This document shows, piece by piece, positions 49,441 to 59,839 of a stretch of DNA of 64,000 nt. Origin of the DNA: Candidatus Omnitrophota bacterium. Its GTDB lineage: Bacteria > Omnitrophota > Gorgyraeia > Zapsychrales > Zapsychraceae. Both the position numbers and the translations under genes were made by a program. A model generated the notes under the pieces. That model saw only the letters and a program-made list of their open reading frames with translations. It did not search any database and was not told the DNA's origin. Each line of letters begins with the position of its first letter. The first letter of the stretch is position 1. Location: positions 22,359 through 86,358 of the forward strand of contig JADFYJ010000005.1 of NCBI GenBank assembly GCA_015233115.1. Reading direction: 5' to 3'.

Positions 49441-49765
49441 AGTAACCAAGTAACCGAGTAACCGAGTAACAAAGTAACAGCATAAAAACTATTGGTTTTA
49501 AAAAACACAAAACCAGGAAAAATATATTTTAATAGTAAACATGTAAATAAAGTAACAAAGCAAAAACATAAAAACGCTTGGTTCTAAAGAACATAAAACC
49601 TAAAAAACATATAATAAACATTTATTTTATAAAATTATTCTTTTGAGAAACACAAACAATTTTTATTTTATTCCGGTTATCCAAGCTTTTATGCTTTAAT
49701 TTCTGATTCTTCTTTTATCCATTCGCTTTTGCTCTGTTACTCGGTTACTCGGTTACTTGGTTACT
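49441..49765. repeat. STR-armed element E12 (AGTAACMR octamer, inverted arms)
   Basis: 5 units at 49441-49480; CATTCGCTTTT at 49720; 4 inverted units at 49734-49765 overlapping the hldE-kinase TAA. Confidence 0.9.
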
Positions 49766-50774
49766 TTTTAATAGCGTCTAAAAGTTCTTCCACTGACACG
49801 GCATAGACGCCTAACTTTCCCACCACCACACCCGCCGCAGCATTAGCCATTTTAGCTGACTGGCGCTTGTCTGCGCCTGCAGTTAATGCTAAAGTAAACA
49901 CCGAAATCACCGCGTCGCCCGCGCCAGTCACATCAAAAACTTCCTGCGCTTGAGTAGGAATAGAAAACGATTTTTTATTTTTTTCAAATAACCGCATACC
50001 CTTCTCACCCAAAGTGATGAGTAAAGACTCAAGATCCAAATAACGCATCAATTCCTGCCCAGCCAAATCGATTTCTTCATCCGTACCTAACCGGTCCACA
50101 GTAATATCCAAAGTCGGCGCAGTAGAGGTAATTTTAATATTCCTGATCGCGTTCTCTGCCTCTTTTAAATTCGGCGTAATGGATGTCACCTTACGATAAT
50201 AGCTAAAATGCCCCACTTTCGGATCTACCGTAATGATCTTTTTCTTGCGCAAAGCTAAATGGCACACAAATTCCACTAGCTCAGACGTAATAACCCCTTT
50301 TCCATAATCCGATAAAATAATCCCATCACATTCCGCAATATGTTTTTCAATAAACTGTAAAATCTTTTCCTGAACCTGCCGGTTCTCACCGCGGACTTGT
50401 TCCTGGTCGATGCGGACAATCTGCTGATGCTGAGCCATAACCCTGGTTTTCGTGATGGTCGGGGCTTTATTATCCAAAAATATCCCGTTGGTATTAATAT
50501 CTTTACGCTTCAACTCCCGCTTTAACAACTGGCCTTCAAAATCATTCCCAATTCTACCAACCTGCATCACATTCGCCCCTAATTTCCGCAAATTATGCGC
50601 TACATTAGCCGCTCCCCCTGGCGTATAAAAGAATTTTTCCTGTAAAAGCACTGGCACAGGCGCTTCTGGAGAAATCCTGGACACTGTTCCTTTGATATAA
50701 CGGTCCAAAATCACATCCCCAATCACCATAATAGTTTTGGATTTGAACCGTTTTACGATATCCGCGTAAGTCAT
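49761..50774 (-). CDS. rfaE1: D-glycero-beta-D-manno-heptose-7-phosphate kinase (RfaE domain I)
   Basis: GD.ILD.YI.G.VSRISPEAPVPV, GGAANVA, SDYGKG, DVTGAGD. Confidence 0.93.
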   Translation of the reverse strand: MTYADIVKRFKSKTIMVIGDVILDRYIKGTVSRISPEAPVPVLLQEKFFYTPGGAANVAHNLRKLGANVMQVGRIGNDFEGQLLKRELKRKDINTNGIFLDNKAPTITKTRVMAQHQQIVRIDQEQVRGENRQVQEKILQFIEKHIAECDGIILSDYGKGVITSELVEFVCHLALRKKKIITVDPKVGHFSYYRKVTSITPNLKEAENAIRNIKITSTAPTLDITVDRLGTDEEIDLAGQELMRYLDLESLLITLGEKGMRLFEKNKKSFSIPTQAQEVFDVTGAGDAVISVFTLALTAGADKRQSAKMANAAAGVVVGKLGVYAVSVEELLDAIKK

Positions 50775-50815
50775 ACCCTGCCTTTATTATATAAATTGAA
50801 TCAAAACGAAGCCAA

Positions 50816-50878
50816 ATTGTAACATACTTTGATAAGAGCGTCAACGGCCTTGACAACAGAAAAAACATGTGGCATATT
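50816..50878. promoter_or_regulatory. Back-to-back divergent sigma70 promoters
   Basis: - strand TTGACG (50839-50844), 17 bp, TGT-TACAAT (50816-50821); + strand TTGACA (50850-50855), 17 bp, TGG-CATATT (50873-50878). Confidence 0.7.
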
Positions 50879-50928
50879 TGATAAAATTTACCTAACAATA
50901 TAAACAAACCCTTAATTAAGGAACTCAA

Positions 50929-52980
50929 ATGAAAAAAATTTGCTTATTATTAATGCTACTGGTGTCATTCGCCCCTCATTCCGGTTCTGCGGCTAGCGAT
51001 GGTCCTTTCTGGTCCTGGGTTTCAGCTCCCACATTGATGGATATTAATAACGACGGAACAACAGAGTTGGTATATAATCGGGGCGGACAATTATATGCTT
51101 ACAATAATAAAGGAATCCTCCCAGGTTATCCTAAAATTTCGAAACTAAATCCCTATTCAACCCCAACTATCGTTGATTTAAACAGTGACGGGAAAAAAGA
51201 AATTATCGGCGTATGCGACAAAAATAAAATTTGCATTTATGATACAGACGGAGCAGTATTTCATGGTTGGCCACAAAAGGTCTCAGGCCATGTGGTCAGT
51301 TCACCAGCCGTAGCAGATATAGACAAAGATGGTCTCTATGAAATTGTCGTTGGTACAGATTATAGCGGGTCAAAATCCACCAAAGTTTATATTTTCCGCC
51401 AAGATGGCAGCTTAATGACTGGCTGGCCGAAAGATGTTATGGCGGGGGTAGCAGCAAACCCGGTTATTGCTGATATTAACGGGGATGGCTCATTAGACAT
51501 TGTGGTCGCAACGCTGGATGGAACAATCCATGTATGGGACAAAGATGGCCACAATCTTCCGGGATGGCCTAAATTCATTTCAGGAAAAGCAACGGACTTT
51601 GGCAGTATTTATGGATCTTCACCTGCTGTTGCTGACTTAAATAATGATGGCACAAAAGAAATTGTAGTTTGTGATAGTACCGGTCACATTTTTGTTTTAA
51701 AAGCTGATGGTTCCATACTGAAAGGCTGGCCTCAAACCGCGGGCCATTCAATCCAATTTTCTTCACCCTCAATCGGTGATGTGAATGGAGATGGAAAATT
51801 AGAAATCGCAGTAGGCAGTTTTGATGGAAAAGTATATCTATGGAAAGCAGACGGTACAATCATGCCTGGTTGGCCTCAAGCAACACAAGGCCCGGTTTAT
51901 GCTTCCCCAGTTTTAATTGATATTGATCAGGATGGCAAATTAGAAGTTGCCGCTGGTTCAACCGATAATAAAGTTTATATTTGGCAAGCCAATGGAAACC
52001 TCCTTGCTGGATGGCCGCAAACAATATCAGAAAAAAGCTTGAATTCTCTGGCATTCGGTGATTTTGATAATAATGGCAAACTTGATCTTTTAGCTGTGAC
52101 AGATAACAAAGTGAATACTTGGAAATTTGCCAATACAACCACTTTACCTTGGTCGATTCCTCGGTATGATCAGCAAAGAACAGGTTTTTATTCGTACAAA
52201 AAAAATGACGCAGAAATCATTGTTTATAAACAGCCTGTCGCAGTAGCGATAGGTACTTCCGTAACGTTAAAAGTTAAAGTCACGAACAACGGCCTCGACG
52301 TATGGAAAAACGGATATGATGTTTTAACAAAAACCCTTAATAAAAACGCTTATGATTGCCGCGCCCATCTTTATGATGCCAAAGGCAAATTATTAGTATG
52401 GGATTTATTCATGTCGGGAAATGATTTTCCCAAAGATGTCAAACCCGGAGAAACCGCCTGGTTAACGTTTACAGTTCCAACCACCGGAAAAAATGCCAGC
52501 ATTACTCAAACAGGTTCCTATATGCTTGGCGTCGATGTTGTTCATGAAAACGTAGCCTGGTTTAATCAGGAAGTTAAAACCAACATTTTTAAAGTGCAAA
52601 AAAATAATGACGCAGCTATTGTTATTCTCCAACAGCCGAATTCAGTAAAAATAGGCAATGCCGTAACATTAACAGTCAAAGTAACCAATAATGGTTTTGA
52701 TGTCTGGAAGCACAATGATGATAAAAACGGTTCCTATGCCTGCCGCGCCCACCTTTATGATTCTAAAGGCAATTTGAAAGTATGGGATTTATTCTTACGT
52801 GGAAAAGATTTAGGAAAAGATGTAAAACCCGGCGAAACTGTTACTCTCTCTTTTTCTGTACCAGTCGAAAAAAGCTCAAATATTCCAGCCGGCACATACT
52901 CCTTAGGAGTAGATATGGTCCATGAAAAAGTAGCATGGTTTAATCAAATAGTAAAAACAAATACTTTTATAGTTAAATAA
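50929..52980 (+). CDS. Secreted FG-GAP/VCBS repeat beta-propeller with two C-terminal Ig-like (NBR1/FW-like) domains
   Basis: Signal peptide; repeats SP.VAD(L/I)D.DG..EI and GWP; duplicated NDA...VTNNG...CRAHLYD...VKPGE...LGVD.VHE.VAWF domain. Confidence 0.82.
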   Translation: MKKICLLLMLLVSFAPHSGSAASDGPFWSWVSAPTLMDINNDGTTELVYNRGGQLYAYNNKGILPGYPKISKLNPYSTPTIVDLNSDGKKEIIGVCDKNKICIYDTDGAVFHGWPQKVSGHVVSSPAVADIDKDGLYEIVVGTDYSGSKSTKVYIFRQDGSLMTGWPKDVMAGVAANPVIADINGDGSLDIVVATLDGTIHVWDKDGHNLPGWPKFISGKATDFGSIYGSSPAVADLNNDGTKEIVVCDSTGHIFVLKADGSILKGWPQTAGHSIQFSSPSIGDVNGDGKLEIAVGSFDGKVYLWKADGTIMPGWPQATQGPVYASPVLIDIDQDGKLEVAAGSTDNKVYIWQANGNLLAGWPQTISEKSLNSLAFGDFDNNGKLDLLAVTDNKVNTWKFANTTTLPWSIPRYDQQRTGFYSYKKNDAEIIVYKQPVAVAIGTSVTLKVKVTNNGLDVWKNGYDVLTKTLNKNAYDCRAHLYDAKGKLLVWDLFMSGNDFPKDVKPGETAWLTFTVPTTGKNASITQTGSYMLGVDVVHENVAWFNQEVKTNIFKVQKNNDAAIVILQQPNSVKIGNAVTLTVKVTNNGFDVWKHNDDKNGSYACRAHLYDSKGNLKVWDLFLRGKDLGKDVKPGETVTLSFSVPVEKSSNIPAGTYSLGVDMVHEKVAWFNQIVKTNTFIVK

Positions 52981-52998
52981 ACGTTTCTTTCCCATCCC

Positions 52999-53032
52999 GC
53001 CTCCGGTAGACAAAAGTCTCCCGGAGGCTTTT
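52999..53032 (+). terminator. Intrinsic terminator
   Basis: GCCTCCGG...CCGGAGGC followed by TTTT after the stop. Confidence 0.75.
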
Positions 53033-53200
53033 ATAGCCAATTAAAGTAACCGCTTTCGCTAAAACGGTCCTACCCCCTTTTTTTTTATTAAAAGCCATGG
53101 CAAACTTAAAGTATGGAAAGCGTGTCTTATAAAACCAGTATTGTTAAAAAAATACATGAGTTTTATTAATATGAATCAAATACAACACAGGAGAGCAAAT

Positions 53201-55930
53201 ATGTTAAGAACCAACCCCCAAAAATTTTCTGTATTATTCTTAGCATTGATTCTCTCAATACTCATTTTGTCCTACGACTCTCAAGCAGCTTCAAAATCTA
53301 CGGTAACATCCCAACCTAAGGGGGCGGTAGGAGTACCCCAAAGCGACCCGGATTTTACTATGGTAGTCCTTCCTGATACTCAATATGAGGTAGACTGGGA
53401 AGCCAAAAAAACATCAACAATTTGGACCACCATGACAGATTGGATAAAAGCGGATCCTTTAAAGCTGAATATTAAAGTAGTCATTGGCGTTGGTGATATT
53501 ACTGATCAGCATGATAAATCAGAAATAGATTTTATAACAGCCCAACAAGGCTTCAATAAAATTCTCAGTGCTTCTATCCCTTATGTCCCCACAATTGGTA
53601 ATCATGATTATGATGACGCCTATAACCGCGTAGCTACAACCTATGATAAATATTTCGGTCCTGCTCAGCTTAGCAAAAGTGAAAAACAGTGGTATGGCGG
53701 TTGTTACAACGGAAGTGATCAAAACTTTTACATGAAATTTGACATTGGAACGCATAAATATCTCGTTCTAGCTCTAGAATTTTTCCCCAGCGCTAAAGCC
53801 TTGTCTTGGGCACAAGGCATTTTGGACGCCAACGCAAACGCTGATAGAGAAGTTATCGTGACAACACACGCCTATCTTAACCAAAATGGCGAGCGGCAAG
53901 GTAATGAGGGTCTGGGAGCTCTAAATTATTATAAAGGAAAGATTGAACAAACTGATTTTAATAACGGACCTGAAATGTGGGATGCCTTTATTAAAAAAAA
54001 TAAAAACATCATCATGACTTTAAATGGACACTTTACGGACACAATAACCACAGCAAAAAGAACTGATGCCGGCACTTATGGTAATCTCATACACCAAATA
54101 TTTGTGGATTATCAATATCGAAATTTGGGTGATGGGTATATGATGCTTTTAAAATTCCAACCTTCCTCCAATAATATACAGGTATCATTTTATTCGCCGT
54201 ATTTAGGAATCTACGATCCAAAAAATAAGACTTACGACTTGCCCTATAACATGCCTAATGGATCAACACCAAACCAATTTAAAACTTCTCCGGTTTCCGA
54301 TTCTGTTTTAATGGATATTAATAATGACGGACAAAAAGAATTGACATTTATTAAAAATGGGCAAATGAATGCTTATGACAGTAAAGGGTCTTCTCTCTCT
54401 GGCTTTCCTTGGAATACCCGCTTTAATACCACCTCTCCTGCTATCGTTGATTTAAACGGTGACGGAAATAAAGAAATTATTGGAGGCTGTGATAAAGGTC
54501 TTTGTGTATACGATACAAACGGCATGATGGTTTCCGGATGGCCGAAAATAATATCTGGGACAAATATCAGCGCGCCAGCTGTGGCAGATTTGGACAAAGA
54601 TGGACGAAAAGAAATTGTCATAGAAGCCGCCGCTTATACCGGAGCGCCCTCCACTAACCTTTATGTTTTCCATTCTGATGGTACTTTAATGGAAGGCTGG
54701 CCGAAAAGTGTTGATGGCGGCGTGGCGACAAATCCAATAATCGCTGACTTGTACGGAAACGGATCATTAGATATCATTGCCGCAACCCTTAATGGGCCAA
54801 TTTACGTATGGGATATCAATGGAAACGCTTTGGAGGGATGGGCTAGACGACTTCCAAAAATAAAACTCGATTATAATGCTATTTTTAAAACCTCACCAGC
54901 TGTGGCAGATTTAAATAATGATGGTAAAAAAGAAATTGTGCTCTGCGATAATAATGGTATGGTCTATGTTTTTAAACCAAATGGTGAAATTCTATCCTCT
55001 AACTGGCCCAAGCAAATCTCTGCGGGAACTGAATTAACTGCTCCCTCCATCGGAGATATCAATAATGACGGAAAACTTGAAATCGCGTTAGGGAGTTCAA
55101 ATGGAAAAGTATATTTATTAAATAACGACGGCTCAAATGTAACTGGCTGGCCGCAAACGACCCAAGGCCCCATTTATGCGGCGCCAGTGCTCGCCGATGT
55201 TGACAATGACGGCAAATTAGAAATAGCAGTCGGTTCAACTGATAAAAAAATATATATTTGGAAGAATAATGGATCACCGCTATCGGGATGGCCCAAAATT
55301 ACCAATAATTCATTCCTGACTCCTCTAGTTTTAGGCGATTTTGATAACGATGGTATTCTTAACCTCATAGCTGTCACAGACGCTCAGGTGTATAGTTGGA
55401 AATTAACCTGTACCAAAAATTTACCTTGGTCCATTCCCCGGTATGATTTTCAAAGGACAGGTTTTTATTCGTACAAAAACAATGACGCGGAAATCATTAT
55501 TTACCAGCAACCGAATTCCGTTAAACTGGGCAATTCCGTTACCGTAAAAGTTAAAGTCACAAATAATGGTCTGGATACCTGGAAAAGCGGTTATGACGTC
55601 TCAACCGGCAATTTCAACAATAAAGCATATGATTGCCGGGCACATCTTTATAATGCTAATAGCAAATTATTAACCTGGGACTTGTTCATGACTGGCAATG
55701 ATTTTACAAAACCCAATGATGGAAAATACATCAAAGATACCAAAAAATACCCGTTCATACCCGCAGATGTGAAACCAGGCGAAACAAATTGGATGATTTT
55801 TACTATTCCCACAGGGAAAAACACCAGCATCACAAAACCAGGAACCTATAAACTTGGAGTAGATTTAGTCCAAGAAACAGTGGCATGGTTTGGACAGGAA
55901 ATAAAATCATTAACTTTTAAAGTTGAATAA
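53201..55930 (+). CDS. Secreted metallophosphoesterase + FG-GAP propeller + Ig-like domain
   Basis: Start revised (AGGAG RBS); PDTQ, GDI, GNHD, THAY, NGH calcineurin-like motifs, then the same propeller and C-terminal domain as its neighbours. Confidence 0.82.
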   Translation: MLRTNPQKFSVLFLALILSILILSYDSQAASKSTVTSQPKGAVGVPQSDPDFTMVVLPDTQYEVDWEAKKTSTIWTTMTDWIKADPLKLNIKVVIGVGDITDQHDKSEIDFITAQQGFNKILSASIPYVPTIGNHDYDDAYNRVATTYDKYFGPAQLSKSEKQWYGGCYNGSDQNFYMKFDIGTHKYLVLALEFFPSAKALSWAQGILDANANADREVIVTTHAYLNQNGERQGNEGLGALNYYKGKIEQTDFNNGPEMWDAFIKKNKNIIMTLNGHFTDTITTAKRTDAGTYGNLIHQIFVDYQYRNLGDGYMMLLKFQPSSNNIQVSFYSPYLGIYDPKNKTYDLPYNMPNGSTPNQFKTSPVSDSVLMDINNDGQKELTFIKNGQMNAYDSKGSSLSGFPWNTRFNTTSPAIVDLNGDGNKEIIGGCDKGLCVYDTNGMMVSGWPKIISGTNISAPAVADLDKDGRKEIVIEAAAYTGAPSTNLYVFHSDGTLMEGWPKSVDGGVATNPIIADLYGNGSLDIIAATLNGPIYVWDINGNALEGWARRLPKIKLDYNAIFKTSPAVADLNNDGKKEIVLCDNNGMVYVFKPNGEILSSNWPKQISAGTELTAPSIGDINNDGKLEIALGSSNGKVYLLNNDGSNVTGWPQTTQGPIYAAPVLADVDNDGKLEIAVGSTDKKIYIWKNNGSPLSGWPKITNNSFLTPLVLGDFDNDGILNLIAVTDAQVYSWKLTCTKNLPWSIPRYDFQRTGFYSYKNNDAEIIIYQQPNSVKLGNSVTVKVKVTNNGLDTWKSGYDVSTGNFNNKAYDCRAHLYNANSKLLTWDLFMTGNDFTKPNDGKYIKDTKKYPFIPADVKPGETNWMIFTIPTGKNTSITKPGTYKLGVDLVQETVAWFGQEIKSLTFKVE

Positions 55931-55947
55931 TAAATTCTTATTAACCC

Positions 55948-55981
55948 GCCTCTGACGGAAAATATCCGTCGGAGGCTTTTT
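55948..55981 (+). terminator. Intrinsic terminator (paralogous to 52999-53032)
   Basis: GCCTCTGACGGA...TCCGTCGGAGGC TTTTT. Confidence 0.8.
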
Positions 55982-56100
55982 AAGATAGTTTAAAGTAAAC
56001 GCTTTCCCCAAAACGCTTTTACACTCTTTTTATTTTTCAAATTACCATATATACTTTAGACATGAATATAAATGTTGGCAAACACCAAAGGAGCTGGAAA

Positions 56101-57876
56101 ATGAAAAAAATTTATTTACTGTTAGTTTTACTGTTAGTAGCGTTTAAGCCTGCTTTTGGATCTGTCATTAATAACATCGGCTTAGACCCAACCCAAAAAA
56201 CTTCAGATCCAGTTTCAGCCGATTTGTTTAACAATGGACAAAAAGAAGTCATCTACACTCAAAATGGCCAAGTCTACGCTTACGATAAAAACGGAATTAT
56301 CCCAGGCTTTCCCTGGAAACATACATACTTTAATGCTGCTTCTTCTTTAGCTATCGTAGATTTATACGGCGATGGTAATAAATATGTTATTGGAGGTTGT
56401 TACAATAAAACAGCCGGCAACGAAGTTTGTGTATACGATTCACATGGTGTTGCTCCTCATGGATGGCCCCAGAAAGTCTCAAGTTATATTGGTGGTGCGC
56501 CAGCTATTGCGGATTTAGATAATAATCATCAAAAAGAAATTATAGTCGCCACAAATATGCAGGTTTATATTTTCAATTCTGATGGGAAGTTGCGGTCTAA
56601 CTGGCCTAAAACGGTGGAATTTACTGGTAGGCCTGGTGTGATTGGCATGAATGGAGTGAGTACCAGCCCTGTTATCGCGGATATGGATGGAGATGGTGCA
56701 TTAGATATCATAGTAGCAACTACCAGCGGATTAATTAATGTTTGGAATAAAGATGGAAACTTAATTCACAAATATTATGGAACTTATATGTTAGGGACCG
56801 CACCTGCGGTTGCCGATTTAAATCAAGACGGTAAAAATGAAATAGTTTTCGGTGATCAAACCTTGAATAATTCCTACAACTATGTAGGTAACATCTATGT
56901 TTATAAAAAAGATGGCAAGCTAGTCTGGAAAAAACCAATTGAAGGCGGATTAGCACATTCTTCTCCGGTCATAGGCGATTTGGATAAGGATGGCAAATTA
57001 GAAATTGTGGCGACAGGAAGTGAAGGAAAAGTATATGTGTTCAAAGCTGATGGTTCTCTCATGCCAGGTTGGCCGAAATCTATTCCTGGCCAAATTGCCA
57101 CGTCCCCGGTTTTATTAGATATTTTTCAGGATAAAAAATTAGAGATAGTTGTCACGGCAAAAGATGGAAACGTATATTTTTGGAATTATGAGGGAACTTT
57201 AGTTCCATTTCAAAGTGGTAAAAATCCAATGCCCAATCCGATGCGCATATTACCACAAGGTAATGTATTAAACTCTCCGGTTTTTGGTGATTTTTATGGC
57301 GATGGGTATTTGGATATCGTAGCTGTTGCAGGCAACTCTATTGCTAATTGGGAATTACCGCCCTATAAAACAACTTTACCTTGGTCAACCCCTGGGTATG
57401 ATTTTCAACGAACAGGATATTATTCTTACAAAAGTAATGACGCGGAAATTGTTATTTACAACCAACAACCCAAAAATGGTTCAGTCACTTTAAACGATTC
57501 TGTAACTTTAAATGTTAAAGTCACGAATAATGGCTATGACACATGGAAAAGCGGTTATGATGTCGTAACGAAAAAGTTTAATGACAACGCCTATGATTGC
57601 CGCCCCCATCTTTATGCTTCAAAAGGCAACCTATTAAAATGGGACTTATACGTGGCAACAGGTCTCGATAAAAACAAAAAATATTACGGGAATGACTTCG
57701 GAAAAGATGTAAAACCTGGTGAAAGTGTTTTAATGACATTAATCATTCCTACCACCGGACAAAATGCCGCATTATTTAAAAAAGGCTCCTCATATCGCCT
57801 CGGCGTTGACGTGGTCCATGAAACTGTCGCATGGTTTGGACAAGAAGTGAAATCAGCGGCTTTTACAATTAAATAA
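56101..57876 (+). CDS. Secreted FG-GAP repeat protein with C-terminal Ig-like domain
   Basis: Start revised to MKKIYLL (AGGAG RBS); same repeats and C-terminal domain. Confidence 0.82.
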   Translation: MKKIYLLLVLLLVAFKPAFGSVINNIGLDPTQKTSDPVSADLFNNGQKEVIYTQNGQVYAYDKNGIIPGFPWKHTYFNAASSLAIVDLYGDGNKYVIGGCYNKTAGNEVCVYDSHGVAPHGWPQKVSSYIGGAPAIADLDNNHQKEIIVATNMQVYIFNSDGKLRSNWPKTVEFTGRPGVIGMNGVSTSPVIADMDGDGALDIIVATTSGLINVWNKDGNLIHKYYGTYMLGTAPAVADLNQDGKNEIVFGDQTLNNSYNYVGNIYVYKKDGKLVWKKPIEGGLAHSSPVIGDLDKDGKLEIVATGSEGKVYVFKADGSLMPGWPKSIPGQIATSPVLLDIFQDKKLEIVVTAKDGNVYFWNYEGTLVPFQSGKNPMPNPMRILPQGNVLNSPVFGDFYGDGYLDIVAVAGNSIANWELPPYKTTLPWSTPGYDFQRTGYYSYKSNDAEIVIYNQQPKNGSVTLNDSVTLNVKVTNNGYDTWKSGYDVVTKKFNDNAYDCRPHLYASKGNLLKWDLYVATGLDKNKKYYGNDFGKDVKPGESVLMTLIIPTTGQNAALFKKGSSYRLGVDVVHETVAWFGQEVKSAAFTIK

Positions 57877-57889
57877 AAATGATATTATC

Positions 57890-57928
57890 AAAAAACGGCT
57901 TTGGCGATATTGACCAAAGCCGTTTTTT
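57890..57928. terminator. Bidirectional intrinsic terminator
   Basis: AAAAAACGGCTTTGG-N9-CCAAAGCCGTTTTTT between convergent genes. Confidence 0.88.
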
Positions 57929-57937
57929 ATTTCTCCT

Positions 57938-58303
57938 TTATTCCCAATCTCGAGAATTTATTCTTAGCTTCTTTTTTTCTGATCTAATATGTTTAGCTTC
58001 AAGCATTTTTTCCTTGGCGGATTGGGAAAGTTTACGGTTTTTGCGGCGCTCTTTTTCTTTAGCGGTGATAATGACACTCCGCTCTTTCTGCTCCCTCTGC
58101 TCAAGCTTACTTAATAACATCGCCCGCGCCGTAATACGGTTTAAAGCCTGATTTCGTTCTTTCTGGCATTTAACCTGAATACCGGTCGGAATATGATAAA
58201 GCACCACACAAGTAGCGACTTTATTAACATTCTGCCCGCCAGCCCCTGACGAACGGACAAACGTCTCCTTAATATCTTTCTCTAAAATTTTAATATGCGG
58301 CAT
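57938..58303 (-). CDS. arfB: Alternative ribosome-rescue peptidyl-tRNA hydrolase (ArfB/C12orf65-like)
   Basis: [15 protein letters not shown] (GGQ), RNQALNR, basic C-terminal tail. Confidence 0.88.
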   Translation of the reverse strand: MPHIKILEKDIKETFVRSSGAGGQNVNKVATCVVLYHIPTGIQVKCQKERNQALNRITARAMLLSKLEQREQKERSVIITAKEKERRKNRKLSQSAKEKMLEAKHIRSEKKKLRINSRDWE

Positions 58304-58327
58304 ACGCTTTTTTATTATATTTAGATC

Positions 58328-58452
58328 ATGCCATGACTAAAAAAAGGGCAGTGTTAAAATCATGTCCCAGAGCGAGTTTCCTTGGCGCTTCGCCAAGGTT
58401 GTTTGAGCGAAGGACAGGATTTTAATAGTGACCGATCAAGCCGTCATGGCAT
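58328..58452 (+). repeat. Nested-hairpin dispersed element, divergent copy C
   Basis: Same CAGAGCGAGTT...CTT...GTTTGAGCGAAGGA core with different but paired stems. Confidence 0.8.
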
Positions 58453-58461
58453 TCCACCATG

Positions 58462-58773
58462 TTATACAAATGAACAACAATAATCTGTGCCTTTAATAAT
58501 TTTCACTTTAAATTTGGAAGACCCCGTTACTTCAAAGGATTCGCCGCCTTTAATTTTTTTCCAAACCGTCTGCCCCGGCAATAACACCTCAAGTTCACCC
58601 GACATAATCTCCATAATCTCCGGCGCATTCGTACCGAATTCATATTCACCCGGAAGCATAAACCCCAAAGTTTTAGTAGACCCATCAGCAAATTTAATCG
58701 TCCGACTCACCACTTTAGCCTCAAAATACACATTAGCTTTTTTAACAACTGTTACATTAGTGAATTCACTCAT
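58462..58773 (-). CDS. ppnP: Pyrimidine/purine nucleoside phosphorylase (DUF1255)
   Basis: KANVYF..KV.SR, KTLG.MLPGEYEFGT..PE.ME. Confidence 0.9.
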   Translation of the reverse strand: MSEFTNVTVVKKANVYFEAKVVSRTIKFADGSTKTLGFMLPGEYEFGTNAPEIMEIMSGELEVLLPGQTVWKKIKGGESFEVTGSSKFKVKIIKGTDYCCSFV

Positions 58774-58795
58774 GTTCCCATCTCCTATTAGATTA

Positions 58796-59821
58796 CTAAA
58801 TAATTAATTTTTTAATGATTGGAAAAACTTCTTCCGGAGTTATTTTTTTAAGATACACGCTTTCGCCATCTCCGGCCTTAAGAAACGACACAGACATATC
58901 CTTAGGCGGGGCAATAAAAAGCGACTTTTCACCTAACGGATACCACCGCTCCGGATTAATACCCGGCTGATTACGGACAAAAATCGCGACGACTGGAGCA
59001 TTAAGGGCTGCGGCAATATGGATCGGGCCTGAATCATTAGAAATCAAAATATCTGACTGTTTAATCAAGCTCACTAATTGACTAACGCTGGTCTGAGAAG
59101 TAAGATCAACAACATCAGAACATTGCTTAATAATTATTTCAGCTTTATGCTGTGCCTCAAAATTTCCGACTAGCACACAAACCGCATTCCACTCTTGTTT
59201 AACCATATTGATCAACTGAACAAAATATTCAGCCGGCCATACTTTCCCCGGATCACTTGCCCCTACATGAAATAAAACCTTCTTTTTCCCCTCTTTAAAC
59301 TTATCCTTCCAAAACTTTTCTGCCCACTGTTGTGCCGCAGGATCAATCGAAATATGCAGTTCCAAATCACCCTGTTCTACACCTAAAACTTTCAGCAAAT
59401 CTAAACAATATTGACTCTCATGAACTTCTCCCAAATAACGATGATCTTCTACCGGTATCGTTAACAAAGATCCAGCATGTTTATCTTTATATCCACACCG
59501 CGCAGGTATTCCCGCAAAATATACCAGCCAATTCGTCCAACGTTTTGTGTGATAAATAACCGCCAGATCAAATTTACGTTTTCGGATTTCAAAAACTAAT
59601 TTCCAAAATCCCCAAAAACCATTATGCCGTCCTTCCCGATCGACCATCAAAATTTCATTCACATAAGGATTCTGAAACACCAGAGGATATGTGACAGAAC
59701 TAACTAACAAAGATATCTTTGCTTCTGGATAAGCAAGCCGCAAAGCTTTAAATGCCGGAGTCGTCAAAATCACATCGCCGATACGATCAGTGCGGACGAC
59801 TAAAATGTTCTTAAAATTCAT
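58796..59821 (-). CDS. GT9 LPS heptosyltransferase-family protein
   Basis: RTDRIGDVILTTP, SNDSGPIHIAAA. Confidence 0.9.
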   Translation of the reverse strand: MNFKNILVVRTDRIGDVILTTPAFKALRLAYPEAKISLLVSSVTYPLVFQNPYVNEILMVDREGRHNGFWGFWKLVFEIRKRKFDLAVIYHTKRWTNWLVYFAGIPARCGYKDKHAGSLLTIPVEDHRYLGEVHESQYCLDLLKVLGVEQGDLELHISIDPAAQQWAEKFWKDKFKEGKKKVLFHVGASDPGKVWPAEYFVQLINMVKQEWNAVCVLVGNFEAQHKAEIIIKQCSDVVDLTSQTSVSQLVSLIKQSDILISNDSGPIHIAAALNAPVVAIFVRNQPGINPERWYPLGEKSLFIAPPKDMSVSFLKAGDGESVYLKKITPEEVFPIIKKLII

Positions 59822-59839
59822 AAGGTCTATTCCTAAAAA

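Noticed and set aside
52200-57876. Diversity-generating retroelement (TR/VR) among the repeated C-terminal domains
   Set aside because: No reverse transcriptase in the window and differences are not confined to adenines; looks like ordinary paralogy.
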